A DNA stretch of 64,000 bases from Acidobacteriaceae bacterium (GCA_003170825.1 PMYL01000015.1:74-64073); one strand, 5' to 3'; positions 38,243 through 49,197 are shown, counted from the stretch's first letter. Program-made: numbers and translations. The notes: generated by a model from the letters alone, not told the origin.

Positions 38243-39658
38243 TCAGGCAGTCACCGACTGCCGGAGGTCCTGCTCGACGAAAAGCGGGTCGGGTTCGGTA
38301 AGCCTGATCAAGCGATGCAAATAGGCCCGGGAGATGCATAGGCTGCGGGCAGCCAGCGTCTTATTCCCATTGTGCTCACGAACGGCTGCAACGGCCAGTT
38401 TGATCTTATAGTCGCGAAGCTGCCGTTCAAAAGAGCCTGCGGGATTGTAATCGCCGATGTCAACAATATCGCCGGCGTCGGCAACATCGTCGTCCGGGGC
38501 GTTCAGAGTCACATCTTCCGCACGGATGCTCTGTCCGGTGGCGAGGATAATGGCCCTCTGCATCGCGTTTTCCAGTTCGCGCACATTGCCGGGCCAGGGG
38601 TAACTCTGGAGCAGGGCCAGCGCGTCCGGCTCAATATCCTCCATCGGCTTTTGAAAGACCTTCGAGTAGTGCCGCAGAAAATGCATCGCAATCGCAGGGA
38701 TGTCTTCCGGATGCTCCTGGAGCGCCGGTGTTTCAATCTGCATGACGTTAATGCGGTAGAAGAGATCCTGGCGGAATTTTCCTTCGGCCACCAATTTGGC
38801 CAGGTCCTGGTGAGTGGCGAAGATCAGGCGTGCCCTCAAGGGGATGAGCCGGTTGCTGCCCAGACGGCTGAATTCCATCTGCTGCAGCGCGCGCAGGAGC
38901 TTGACCTGCGTAAACAGGCTCAGGTCCCCGATCTCATCGAGGAAAAGCGTGCCGTCGCCGGCCTTCTCGAAATAGCCTTCACGCATCCCTACCGTGCCGG
39001 TGAATGCGCCCTTTTCATGCCCGAACAGTTCGGCCTCGATCAGAGTTTCAGGGATGGCGCCGCAGGAAACAGCCACGAACGGACGGTCGGAGCGGGAACC
39101 CAGATTGTGAATGGCGCGGGCGATCAATTCTTTGCCGGTGCCACTTTCGCCGGTGATGAGCACCGTGGCATTGAGATTGGTTACGCGGCGGACGAGCTGA
39201 TAGACCCGCTGCATGAGTGAGCTAGAGCCGATCAACTGGTCGCAACTGGCTGGCTCCTCGAGTTGATGCTGCACACCCTGAAGTTGTTGCTTCAGCAAGG
39301 AGTTCTCGAACGCCCGGATGAGCATGGTCTTGAGATCGCGAATGGAGGGCGGTCTGCGGCAGTATCCGAAGGCTCCCGTCTTAACGAGTTCGAAAGCGGT
39401 CGAGCGCAGGCCATCATCGGCCATGACCACCGAGGGCACATTCGATGCGATCAAGCGCCGGGAAAACTCAAGGCGCTCCTGCAACGAATCATGATTCGAA
39501 TTCAACTCAAGAATCACGACATCGCAGCCCCCGGCCGACACAAGGTTGCTCATCCCTTCCTCATCCGACTCCGACAGAACCTGGAATTCCTTCCCGAGGA
39601 CAGAAGAAAGAAGAGGGTGCAGCGCGCGATCTTCCGAATACAATCCGACTTTAATCAT
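38243..39658 (-). CDS. Sigma54-dependent transcriptional activator (atypical receiver + AAA+ + HTH)
   Basis: GESGTGKE, ELFGHEKGAFTG, LFLDEIG, DLFYRINV, WPGNVRELEN and a C-terminal Fis-type HTH. Confidence 0.92.
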   Translation of the reverse strand: MIKVGLYSEDRALHPLLSSVLGKEFQVLSESDEEGMSNLVSAGGCDVVILELNSNHDSLQERLEFSRRLIASNVPSVVMADDGLRSTAFELVKTGAFGYCRRPPSIRDLKTMLIRAFENSLLKQQLQGVQHQLEEPASCDQLIGSSSLMQRVYQLVRRVTNLNATVLITGESGTGKELIARAIHNLGSRSDRPFVAVSCGAIPETLIEAELFGHEKGAFTGTVGMREGYFEKAGDGTLFLDEIGDLSLFTQVKLLRALQQMEFSRLGSNRLIPLRARLIFATHQDLAKLVAEGKFRQDLFYRINVMQIETPALQEHPEDIPAIAMHFLRHYSKVFQKPMEDIEPDALALLQSYPWPGNVRELENAMQRAIILATGQSIRAEDVTLNAPDDDVADAGDIVDIGDYNPAGSFERQLRDYKIKLAVAAVREHNGNKTLAARSLCISRAYLHRLIRLTEPDPLFVEQDLRQSVTA

Positions 39659-39761
39659 GATTGGGCGGCCTCTCTCACTTTCCGTAACCACGCCGCCTCA
39701 AGGGCGAAGCGGAAACTTGTCAACATCCTCATCATCAAGAATCCGATACATCGCTCACAAT

Positions 39762-39776
39762 GCCTGTTTCGTGCCA
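39762..39776 (-). promoter_or_regulatory. Possible sigma54 promoter of the activator gene
   Basis: Minus strand TGGCAC-GAAAC-AGGC (GG-N10-GC), ~100 bp upstream of the start; the -12 box is non-canonical. Confidence 0.35.
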
Positions 39777-40308
39777 GTCAAGTGCAACGTTGGTAGCACA
39801 TTTGAGGTGGCGGCGGGTAACAAACCTCGCTTGGCGACCGAACATCGCCTGGCGAAGCCCACTACACGGCGTCCCCCGGTTGGGAACAAGCCTTAAAGCG
39901 CAACGTAAATGCTCGCCTAAATGCTTTTTGATCCGTGCAAATAATGGTAGTGACCGGGTTGGAGCCACGTCAATGCCACCTTGGTAACAAAACTTCAAAG
40001 AACTGAGAAAGCAAACGCCTGGGACAGAGGAGGGAAGTGGATGGGGTAGTGAGATCTCCCGAAAGCAGTCCAATTCAGCACAGGCCGATTCGGCATGATT
40101 AGAAGTTAACGTATTCATTTGCATTAGTTTACGAAGAATGCAACTGGCAGGAACCGCAGTACGATCCCAATTGGCCGAACAGTTTTATATCTGTGTCAAT
40201 ACAACTCTTGCGCACCGCTACTATTACTAAGGTAACGTTTCTTTAGTTACTAGCAATTTGGATTCTTCGTGGATTCGCGCCGGTTTTCATGCGGTCGATG
40301 GCGCCAAT

Positions 40309-40323
40309 TGGCACGTCAATTGC
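40309..40323 (+). promoter_or_regulatory. Sigma54 (-24/-12) promoter facing the tad operon
   Basis: Exact consensus TGGCAC-GTCAA-TTGC. Confidence 0.8.
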
Positions 40324-40457
40324 GAAATATAGGCGAGGCTCTAGGCAAAAAGCTGGCGTTGCCTCTTCTGGCTCTCAGGGTTGCCGTCTATTGCTTTGCG
40401 TCTCGAAGCCGCGATCTCTACGGCATCGATCCGTAAACCTCACCCTGGCAATCAGTT

Positions 40458-40856
40458 GATTCGCCCCTTGCGTCCATCACCGCCACCGGCCCGGTTATTT
40501 CTTTAGCGAATCCGACGCTGCACCTCCCACGCCCCGCGCTGGCGGCCCCTGGAGGGTGTATACGCCCTGCTTCACTCCGGGAAACCGCCCGTAAACATCC
40601 GTGTACACCGGACGGGGACAGCACGCCGTAAACTGCCCAAATTGAGGCAGTTTGGGGCCTCCGGCGATTTGGTCTGACAATTGCTATAAAGATCGAGTCC
40701 CCTAAATTCTAGGGGGGAAGGAGCATGGGTATGCACTCGTTCGCCTGGTGGCCAACGCTCATCGTACTAGCCGTGGCGACCTTCACGGATCTGCGCAGCC
40801 GCCGCATCCCAAACTGGCTGGTGCTTCCTTTCCTTCTGGCGGGAATTGCGGTTTCC
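40458..40856 (+). repeat. ~400-bp duplicated block (upstream region + 5' end of prepilin peptidase), copy 1
   Basis: Aligns nearly base-for-base with 49861..50252. Confidence 0.93.
40670..40684 (+). promoter_or_regulatory. Sigma54-like promoter of cpaA
   Basis: TGGTCT-GACAA-TTGC (GG-N10-GC); the same spacing is kept in copy 2 (TGGCTG-GACAA-TTGC). Confidence 0.55.
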
Positions 40857-41273
40857 CCTTGGCGTCAGAACTGGCCCGGCATCGGTCGTGGCTTGGGCTG
40901 GCACGGCATCGGCCAAAGCTTGGCCGGTCTGGGACTTGGCATCCTGATCTACGGTTTTTTGTTCTGGATGGGCGGCATGGGGGCAGGGGACGTGAAGCTG
41001 TGTGCCGCGATCGGGGCCTGGATTGGCCCGGGTCAATTGTTGATCGCATTGGTCATCGCCGGCATGGCCGGGGGAATCATGGTTCTGTGCTGGGCCGCCT
41101 TTGGCGGATTTTTCAAGGAACTGTTTACGGGCGCGGGCGATCTGGTATTCGGTTGGAAGGAGCGCGGATTGCAACGCGATCCGGATCTGGTTTTGACCAA
41201 TCCCCTGAAACGCAAAATGCCCTACGCTCCGGCCATCGCCATTGGAACACTGATTTCCTTTTTTTCTCATTGA
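40725..41273 (+). CDS. cpaA: Prepilin peptidase CpaA/TadV (A24 family)
   Basis: FTDLRSRRIPNWL, GGMGAGDVKL and MPYAPAIAIG; AAGGAG RBS. Confidence 0.92.
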   Translation: MGMHSFAWWPTLIVLAVATFTDLRSRRIPNWLVLPFLLAGIAVSPWRQNWPGIGRGLGWHGIGQSLAGLGLGILIYGFLFWMGGMGAGDVKLCAAIGAWIGPGQLLIALVIAGMAGGIMVLCWAAFGGFFKELFTGAGDLVFGWKERGLQRDPDLVLTNPLKRKMPYAPAIAIGTLISFFSH

Positions 41274-41396
41274 GGCCGGAACAGGGACTATGATCGTCTG
41301 GAAGACGGCCAATGGGACCACCAGTAAATTCAGACCAATGGCGTGAATTTGGAACGCCGATTCTTTTTTTTCTCATTGACGACCGGAACGAGGACT

Positions 41397-44300
41397 ATGA
41401 TGAATTATCAATCTCAGGTTAACCCGCAAGGCCAGTTCCATGCAGCAGGGAGGACCAATTCCGTGAATACAGACTCTTCCCAATATCTCGATGCCCAATT
41501 TCCCGACTCCTTTGGCGCCGCTCGTCTATCGATTGCGGTGATCGGCCCTGACGAAAGTCTCCGCAACGCGGTAGCGAAGGCTTTTGCCGAATGCCAGCAA
41601 GGGGGCGATGTCCGGGAATTCGCATCCTACCCGCCCGGCCTGGACGATGTGCCAAGGTTGCTCGAGCAGCGTTACGACGTTATCGTCATCGATCTGGACA
41701 GCAATCCCGAATACGCCCTTGAACTGGTGGAGAGCATCGGCGCCAACGGCGTAGCGACCGTGATGGTCTATTCGGCGAAGGCCGATCCGGACCTGCTGGT
41801 ACGCTGCATGCGAGCGGGCGCTCGCGAGTTTCTGACTCAGCCCTTCGCCCTAAACACCATGGCCGAGGCCATGGTCCGGGCAGCGGCCCGCCGTCCGGCA
41901 AATCACCCCCTGAAGAAGGCAGGCGGCAGGTTGCTCGTATTTTTCGGCGCCAAGGGCGGCGCCGGTGTCACCACCATCGCCTGCAATTTTGCGGTAGCGC
42001 TGGCTCAGGACCCTTCCCAAAGCACCCTGTTGCTCGATCTCGATCTGCCGCTGGGAGACGCCGCGCTCAACCTCGGGCTGGTCGCGGAATACTCGACAGT
42101 CAACGCTCTTCAGGAGTCCGGCCGGCTGGATTCGAGTTTTCTCTCCAAGCTTCTGATCAAGCATAGTTCGGGGCTATACGTGCTCGCGGCTCCGGGTAAA
42201 TTGCCGCAGTACCAGGCCTCCGATGAGTCCATCGACAGGCTGCTGACAGTTGCGCGCCAGGACTTCGATAACGTGGTGATCGATATGGGATCGAGGCTTG
42301 ATTTAATGGGTACGGCTCTCTTCAAAGAAGCGAAGACGATCTACCTGGTAACACAGGCCGGCATCCCCGAACTGCGCAACTCAAATCGCCTGATCAGCCA
42401 GTTCTTCAGCGCGGGCGACCCCAAACTCGAAATCGTGATCAACCGATATCAGCTTCGCGCCCTGGGAGTGGATGACGAACATATTACGAAGGCTCTCACC
42501 AGGCCGGCGCAGTGGAAAATTCCCAACGATTATGACGCTGTGCGGCAGATGCAGAACACCGCTACCCCGCTGGTGCTGGAAGATTCGCCCATTTCACGGC
42601 TGATCCGGGAGATGGCCGGCTCCGTTACCGGGCAGCCCGTACCCCAGGGAAAAAAGAAAGGTTTCAGTTTTAGAAGTCTTGGCAGGAAGAGCGCCGCCGC
42701 CGAGGAGCCGCTGAGCATTACACCACGATCGACACCTGGACCGGTTCACGGCGGCGCCACGCTAGGCGCGACTCAACCTGACGCCAGGGCGAACACCCCG
42801 GAACCGTTGGTCCATACTCCTCCCGCGGGCACGGTGCCTTCGTCTGGACCGCGGACGTTCTTAAGTACATCCACGCCAACGGAGACCGCAGACCGCGCTG
42901 ACCGCGCGGACACGAAGCAGGAGGCATTGCCAAGCGGCAGCACCCCCAATCGGCAGAGCGAACCTGCAACGCGCATTTACAAAGGCGTTACCTATGTAAA
43001 GGGAGCGGACGGCCAATGGCACCAGCAGGCAACTGAGACCCATGTCGTGACTCAGGAGACGCCGACCATCGCATGGTCGACGCCCGATCCGATTACCTAC
43101 GGCACCGCGCTCAGCGACACTCAGCTCAATGCCACGGCATCGGTTGAGGGAAAATTCGTCTACGCTCCTGCCGTAGGGTACGTGTTCCCGGCGGGAACGC
43201 ATACGCTCTGGGTAATCTTCACTCCGGCGGACACTACGAAGTACACCACGGCACAGGCCGACGCGTCGCTCGCTGTCACCAAGGCGACGCCGACCGTCAC
43301 ATGGCCGAAGCCCTTTTCGATTCCTTACGGCACCGCGCTCAGCGCCACGCAGCTCAATGCCAGGGCATCGGTTCCGGGAACATTCGCCTACACTCCCGCC
43401 GCAGGCACCGTGCTTACAGCAGGGATCCAGACGCTCTCGGCAACCTTCACTCCGGCGGTCGCCACGAACTACACCCCGGCGGAAGCCGAAGCGCAGCTCA
43501 CTGTCACCAAGTCGGCGCCGGCCATCACATGGCCGACGCCCGCTCCGATTGCCTACGGCACTGCGCTCAGCGACGCTCAGCTCAATGCCACGGCATCGGT
43601 TGAGGGAAGATTCGTCTACATTCCCGCCGCAGGCGCCGTGCTCGCGGCGGGAACGCATACGCCCTCGGTAACCTTCACTCCGGCGGACGCCACGAACCAC
43701 ACCACGGCACAGGCCGCCGTGTCGCTCACTGTCACCAAGGCGACGCCGACCATTACATGGCCGACGCCCGATCCGATTGCCTACGGCACCGCGCTCAGCG
43801 CCACTCAGCTCAATGCCAGGGCATCGGTTGAGGGAAGATTCGCCTACACTCCCGCCGCAGGCGCCGTGCTTACAGCGGGAACACAGACGCTTACGGCAAC
43901 CTTCACTCCGACGGACGCCGCGGACTGCACCACGGCGCAGGCCGCCGTGTCGCTCACTGTCACCAAGGCGACGCCAACCATTATCGCGTGGCCGACACCC
44001 CATGACATTTCCTACGGCTCCGCGCTCAGCGCCGCTCAGCTCAATGCCACAGCGCCGGTTCCGGGAACGTTCGCCTACACGCCCGCCGCAGGCGATGTGC
44101 TCGCGGCGGGAACGCATACGCTCTCGGTAACCTTTACTCCAGCGGACTCCAACCTCCCCACGGCGCAGGGCACCGTGTCGCTCACTGTCACCAAGGCGAC
44201 GCCAACCATCACGTGGCCGACACCCCATGACATTTCCTACGGCACAGCGCTCAGCGCCGCGCAGCTCAATGTCACGGCATCGATTCCGGGAACGTTCGCC

Positions 44301-44879
44301 TACACTCCCGCCGCAGGCGACGTGCTTACAGCGGGAACACAAATGCTCTCGGCAACCTTCACTCCGACGGACACCACGAAGTACACCACGGCGGAGGCCG
44401 CCGTGTCGCTCACTGTCACCAAGGCGACGCCGACCATCACATGGCTGACGCCCGATCCGATTGCCTACGGCTCCGCGCTCAGCGCCGCTCAGCTCAATGC
44501 CAGGGCATCGGTTCCGGGAACATTCGCCTACACTCCCGCCGCAGGCACCGTGCTTACAGCGGGAACGCAGACGCTCTCGGCTACCTTCAATCCGACGGAC
44601 ACCGCGGACTACACGACGGCGCAAGCCACTGTGTCGCTTGTGGTGGATGAGTTGCCCAACCTCGCTTCGGTCACGCTGGCAGCGGTCGATGCGGATGCTG
44701 AAGATCTATTTCAGCCGTTTCAGACCGATGGCGACAATAAGAGAGGTCAGAAGAGCAGGATCGAGAGCAAGACCCCACAAAGCGGCAAAACCCCCAACCA
44801 GCAGGGCGAACCTGAAACGCGCGCTTACAAAGGCGCTACGTATGTGAAAGGAGCCGATGGCCAATGGCACCTACAGTAA
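41397..44879 (+). CDS. CpaE/TadZ-like ATPase fused to seven Ig-like (MBG-type) repeats
   Basis: N-terminal ~430 aa is paralogous to 33958..35154 (GAKGGAGVTT, IPELRNS, KIPNDY), followed by seven ~76-aa TKATPTITW..YGTALS..QLNA repeats in one open frame. Confidence 0.88.
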   Translation: MMNYQSQVNPQGQFHAAGRTNSVNTDSSQYLDAQFPDSFGAARLSIAVIGPDESLRNAVAKAFAECQQGGDVREFASYPPGLDDVPRLLEQRYDVIVIDLDSNPEYALELVESIGANGVATVMVYSAKADPDLLVRCMRAGAREFLTQPFALNTMAEAMVRAAARRPANHPLKKAGGRLLVFFGAKGGAGVTTIACNFAVALAQDPSQSTLLLDLDLPLGDAALNLGLVAEYSTVNALQESGRLDSSFLSKLLIKHSSGLYVLAAPGKLPQYQASDESIDRLLTVARQDFDNVVIDMGSRLDLMGTALFKEAKTIYLVTQAGIPELRNSNRLISQFFSAGDPKLEIVINRYQLRALGVDDEHITKALTRPAQWKIPNDYDAVRQMQNTATPLVLEDSPISRLIREMAGSVTGQPVPQGKKKGFSFRSLGRKSAAAEEPLSITPRSTPGPVHGGATLGATQPDARANTPEPLVHTPPAGTVPSSGPRTFLSTSTPTETADRADRADTKQEALPSGSTPNRQSEPATRIYKGVTYVKGADGQWHQQATETHVVTQETPTIAWSTPDPITYGTALSDTQLNATASVEGKFVYAPAVGYVFPAGTHTLWVIFTPADTTKYTTAQADASLAVTKATPTVTWPKPFSIPYGTALSATQLNARASVPGTFAYTPAAGTVLTAGIQTLSATFTPAVATNYTPAEAEAQLTVTKSAPAITWPTPAPIAYGTALSDAQLNATASVEGRFVYIPAAGAVLAAGTHTPSVTFTPADATNHTTAQAAVSLTVTKATPTITWPTPDPIAYGTALSATQLNARASVEGRFAYTPAAGAVLTAGTQTLTATFTPTDAADCTTAQAAVSLTVTKATPTIIAWPTPHDISYGSALSAAQLNATAPVPGTFAYTPAAGDVLAAGTHTLSVTFTPADSNLPTAQGTVSLTVTKATPTITWPTPHDISYGTALSAAQLNVTASIPGTFAYTPAAGDVLTAGTQMLSATFTPTDTTKYTTAEAAVSLTVTKATPTITWLTPDPIAYGSALSAAQLNARASVPGTFAYTPAAGTVLTAGTQTLSATFNPTDTADYTTAQATVSLVVDELPNLASVTLAAVDADAEDLFQPFQTDGDNKRGQKSRIESKTPQSGKTPNQQGEPETRAYKGATYVKGADGQWHLQ
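43053..44645 (+). repeat. Seven tandem ~228-bp coding repeats (Ig-like domains)
   Basis: Recurrent tacggcaccgcgctcagcg...cagctcaatgcca...cactcccgccgcagg units. Confidence 0.93.
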
Positions 44880-45877
44880 AAATAGAGGGGAAGCAACCCG
44901 CGACACTCCCCGCGGATTTCGGTGCGTGGGATAGTGGAGAACATCCCGAGACACTACCTGACAACTTCGACGACTTCGATGCTGTCCCGAAGCCGCCTAC
45001 GAAGCCTACGAAGCCTACGAAGCCTGCGACGGCGCAAGCCACCGTGTCGCATGTTGTGGAAGGTCAGAAACGCAGGGTCGAGGGCAGGATCGAGGGCAAG
45101 AGCGAGGGCAAGATCGAGGGCAGGAGCGAGGGCAAGAGCGAGGGCAAGAGCAAGAATAAGATGATGGTGACGTTTGTCTCCATCGGTGCGGTTCTGCTCA
45201 TCCTCATCCCGCTGGGCTATTTTAAGTTGCTGCCCAAGCTGGCCAAGCAGGGGCAGTCGGTAGTGCCGCAGCCGACGACGACGTCGCTGACGCCGACGCA
45301 GACGACGTCGCTGACGCCGACGACCAAGCCGAAGCCGGCGCCGACGCCGCTGACGGAGACGCCGGAGGCAGTACCCACGCCTCGCGTGCAGTCGGAGATG
45401 ATGAACAATCAGCTGAATGCGCCCACGCGGATTTCGCACGATATTAAGACGATGTCCGAGAAGGACGCGCCGCCCTCATCGGGCTTTGGCGCGACCGGCA
45501 TGGAAGGCCTGAGCGGCAATTCGGGCGGCGCGGTTGGCAGCGTATTCAGTGGAAAGACCGGGCCTAGGGTGACGGCGGAGGTTTCCAAGGCGCTCAACGT
45601 TTCCGGCGGCGTCATGGCGGGCAGGGTGATTGCGAAAACTTCGCCTGTTTATCCGCCCCTCGCCCGTACTGCGCGCGTAGCCGGCACGGTGGTTTTGCAT
45701 GCCACCATTTCCAAGGCGGGGACGATCGCAAATGTCAACGTAGTGAGTGGGCCGGCCATGTTGCGCCAGGCCGCTCTCGATGCCGTGAAGACCTGGCGCT
45801 ACAGGCCCTACCTGCTCAACAACGAGCCCGTGGAAGTGGAGACCACGGTGAATGTGATTTTCGCCTTGGGTGGATGA
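44864..45877 (+). CDS. TonB family protein within the tad operon
   Basis: One TM helix, Pro/Thr-rich linker and a TonB C-terminal domain (PVYPPLARTARVAGTVVLHATI..AALDAVKTWRYRPYLLNNEPVEVETTVNVIF). Confidence 0.85.
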   Translation: MAPTVKIEGKQPATLPADFGAWDSGEHPETLPDNFDDFDAVPKPPTKPTKPTKPATAQATVSHVVEGQKRRVEGRIEGKSEGKIEGRSEGKSEGKSKNKMMVTFVSIGAVLLILIPLGYFKLLPKLAKQGQSVVPQPTTTSLTPTQTTSLTPTTKPKPAPTPLTETPEAVPTPRVQSEMMNNQLNAPTRISHDIKTMSEKDAPPSSGFGATGMEGLSGNSGGAVGSVFSGKTGPRVTAEVSKALNVSGGVMAGRVIAKTSPVYPPLARTARVAGTVVLHATISKAGTIANVNVVSGPAMLRQAALDAVKTWRYRPYLLNNEPVEVETTVNVIFALGG

Positions 45878-45972
45878 CGAACTTTCTGCCTCCTTCCCGC
45901 TTTTTTGTGAAAGGGGCTGCTTTTCAAAACGATGGCCGCGGACGAGGATAATCTCCCGACGGAAGGCAGAAT

Positions 45973-47253
<1,281 letters not shown>

Positions 47254-47281
47254 GTAGAAAGGGGAAGGGGGATCAATAGAT

Positions 47282-48256
47282 ATGGGACCGATCATGATTG
47301 TGGTATTCCTGGGCGTGTTCGCGTTCGTCGCTCTTCTGATGGTCGCCAGCGGGGCTGGCGCCGCTGAGCAGGCCAAACATGTTCTCGCTTCGCTGGACTC
47401 GGCCCTGGCCACCGAAAGCGCGGAAGCGCGCGATCAAATCCTCAATCTTCGCAAGAGCGATTCGTTCAGCGCCATCCCCTGGCTCAATCTAAGGCTGCGG
47501 AAGCTCCAACTGGGGCCGCTGCTGCACAACCTGCTGAGTCAGGCAAATCTCAAGTGGACCGCGGGAGGCATGCTTGCCATGTCCGCGGTCGGCTTTATAT
47601 TCTCGGCCTATCTGGTTTACTGGTACTTCGGCAGATCCATACTCCTGGCTCTTATTGCCGGGTTGCTGCTGGGCTTCGCGCCTTTGGGCTGGGCGCTCCA
47701 TAAGCGAAGTAAACGCTTCAACAAGTTTCAGGAGGGGTTGCCGGAAGCGCTCGATCTGATGGTAAGCGCCCTCCGCGCCGGGCATAGTCTCATCGCCGCA
47801 ATGGGTTTAGTGGCTCGTGAGTGCAGCGACCCGGTCGGCCCCGAATTCAAGGCATGTTTCGAGGAGCAGAACTACGGCCTTGAACTGAAGACGGCTATCG
47901 ACAACATGATCAACCGCGTTCCGCTGCAAGATCTCAGAATTGTCTCAACCGCGATCATGATCCAAAAAGAGAGCGGAGGAAACCTTGCCGAGGTGCTCGA
48001 CAAGACCGCTCATGTAATTCGGGAGCGGTTCCGGCTGAAGCGGCAGGTCGGGGTCCACACAGCTCAGGGGCGCTTGACAGGGTGGGTCCTCACCCTTCTC
48101 CCTATCGTACTGGGAGTCGCTCTATACTTCGTCAACCCCACAATGATGAGCATTTTGTGGACGAATCCGATCGGCATCAAGCTCCTCTGGATAGCTAGCA
48201 TCATGATCGTGATTGGCGGTTTGATCATTCGCAAAATTGTCAACATAGATATTTGA
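47282..48256 (+). CDS. tadB: Flp pilus assembly protein TadB
   Basis: LPEALDLMVSALRAGHSL, IQKESGGNLAEVL and TAQGRLTG. Confidence 0.93.
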   Translation: MGPIMIVVFLGVFAFVALLMVASGAGAAEQAKHVLASLDSALATESAEARDQILNLRKSDSFSAIPWLNLRLRKLQLGPLLHNLLSQANLKWTAGGMLAMSAVGFIFSAYLVYWYFGRSILLALIAGLLLGFAPLGWALHKRSKRFNKFQEGLPEALDLMVSALRAGHSLIAAMGLVARECSDPVGPEFKACFEEQNYGLELKTAIDNMINRVPLQDLRIVSTAIMIQKESGGNLAEVLDKTAHVIRERFRLKRQVGVHTAQGRLTGWVLTLLPIVLGVALYFVNPTMMSILWTNPIGIKLLWIASIMIVIGGLIIRKIVNIDI

Positions 48257-48265
48257 AGGGGACTT

Positions 48266-49180
48266 ATGGGATTTGCGATTTCTGCTTTTGTTGTCGTTTT
48301 TCTGTTGATCGCGAGCGGTGGACTGCTGCTGTTCTATCGCGAAGCGATGCTTCAGCGGATCTCCGAGGTGATCAACCCGCAGGCCAAGCAGCAGCGGACC
48401 CTGTTGAGCACCATCCAACAGACAGGGCTTTCCATTAGCGGCGTGGTGGAACACTTCGAGAATATCCTGCCGAAAAGCCAGGCGGAAGTCTCCGTGGTCA
48501 AGCAGCGCCTCATCCGCGCCGGCTATCGCCGGGACACTGCGATCAAGATATTCTATGGCTCCAAGGTATTGGTTCCCCTGCTGCTCTGCGTTGTGGCTGG
48601 GGTCAGCGGACTCGGGAACATTGGCGGGTTTTTCGTGTATATCGCAGCCCTGGGTTTTGGATTCCTGGCGCCGGATTTCTGGCTGGGGCGGCGGATTACC
48701 GTCCGCCAACGCCGTATTCGGCGCGGCCTTCCAGACGCGCTTGATCTTCTTGTCATCTGCATCGAGGCCGGACTGAGCCTGGACCAGGGGACGGCACGCA
48801 CCGCGCAGGAATTGAGCAAAGCGCAGCCGGAGTTGAGCGATGAATTGACCATCGTCGTGCTGGAGCAACGCGCCGGACGGCCTCGTGCCGATACCTGGAA
48901 ACATTGGGCGGACCGCACCGGCGTGGATGCTGTGCGCAATCTCGTCTCCATGCTGGTTCAATCGGAACAGTTTGGAACCAGCATCGCCAAGACATTACGC
49001 GTTCATTCCGACACCCTCAGGACCCAGCGTGTGCAGCATGTGGAGGAGATGGCGGCGAAGAGCACCATCAAGCTGATCTTCCCGCTTGTTCTTTTCATCT
49101 TTCCCGCGCTTTTCGTGGTTGTTATGGGTCCTGCGGTCATCATGATCATCGAATCGTTCAAATCGTCGTTTGGCAATTGA
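48266..49180 (+). CDS. tadC: Flp pilus assembly protein TadC
   Basis: LPDALDLLVICIEAGLSLD, QSEQFGTSI and KLIFPLVLFIFPALFVV. Confidence 0.93.
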   Translation: MGFAISAFVVVFLLIASGGLLLFYREAMLQRISEVINPQAKQQRTLLSTIQQTGLSISGVVEHFENILPKSQAEVSVVKQRLIRAGYRRDTAIKIFYGSKVLVPLLLCVVAGVSGLGNIGGFFVYIAALGFGFLAPDFWLGRRITVRQRRIRRGLPDALDLLVICIEAGLSLDQGTARTAQELSKAQPELSDELTIVVLEQRAGRPRADTWKHWADRTGVDAVRNLVSMLVQSEQFGTSIAKTLRVHSDTLRTQRVQHVEEMAAKSTIKLIFPLVLFIFPALFVVVMGPAVIMIIESFKSSFGN

Positions 49181-49197
49181 AGGAAGGAGGAATCTAT

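Noticed and set aside
42861-44624. 587-aa repetitive Arg/Gly/Cys-rich minus-strand ORF
   Set aside because: Antisense reading of the Ig-like repeats.
43053-44645. Regularly spaced repeats considered as a CRISPR array
   Set aside because: Units are ~228-bp in-frame coding repeats without unique spacers, and no cas genes are present.
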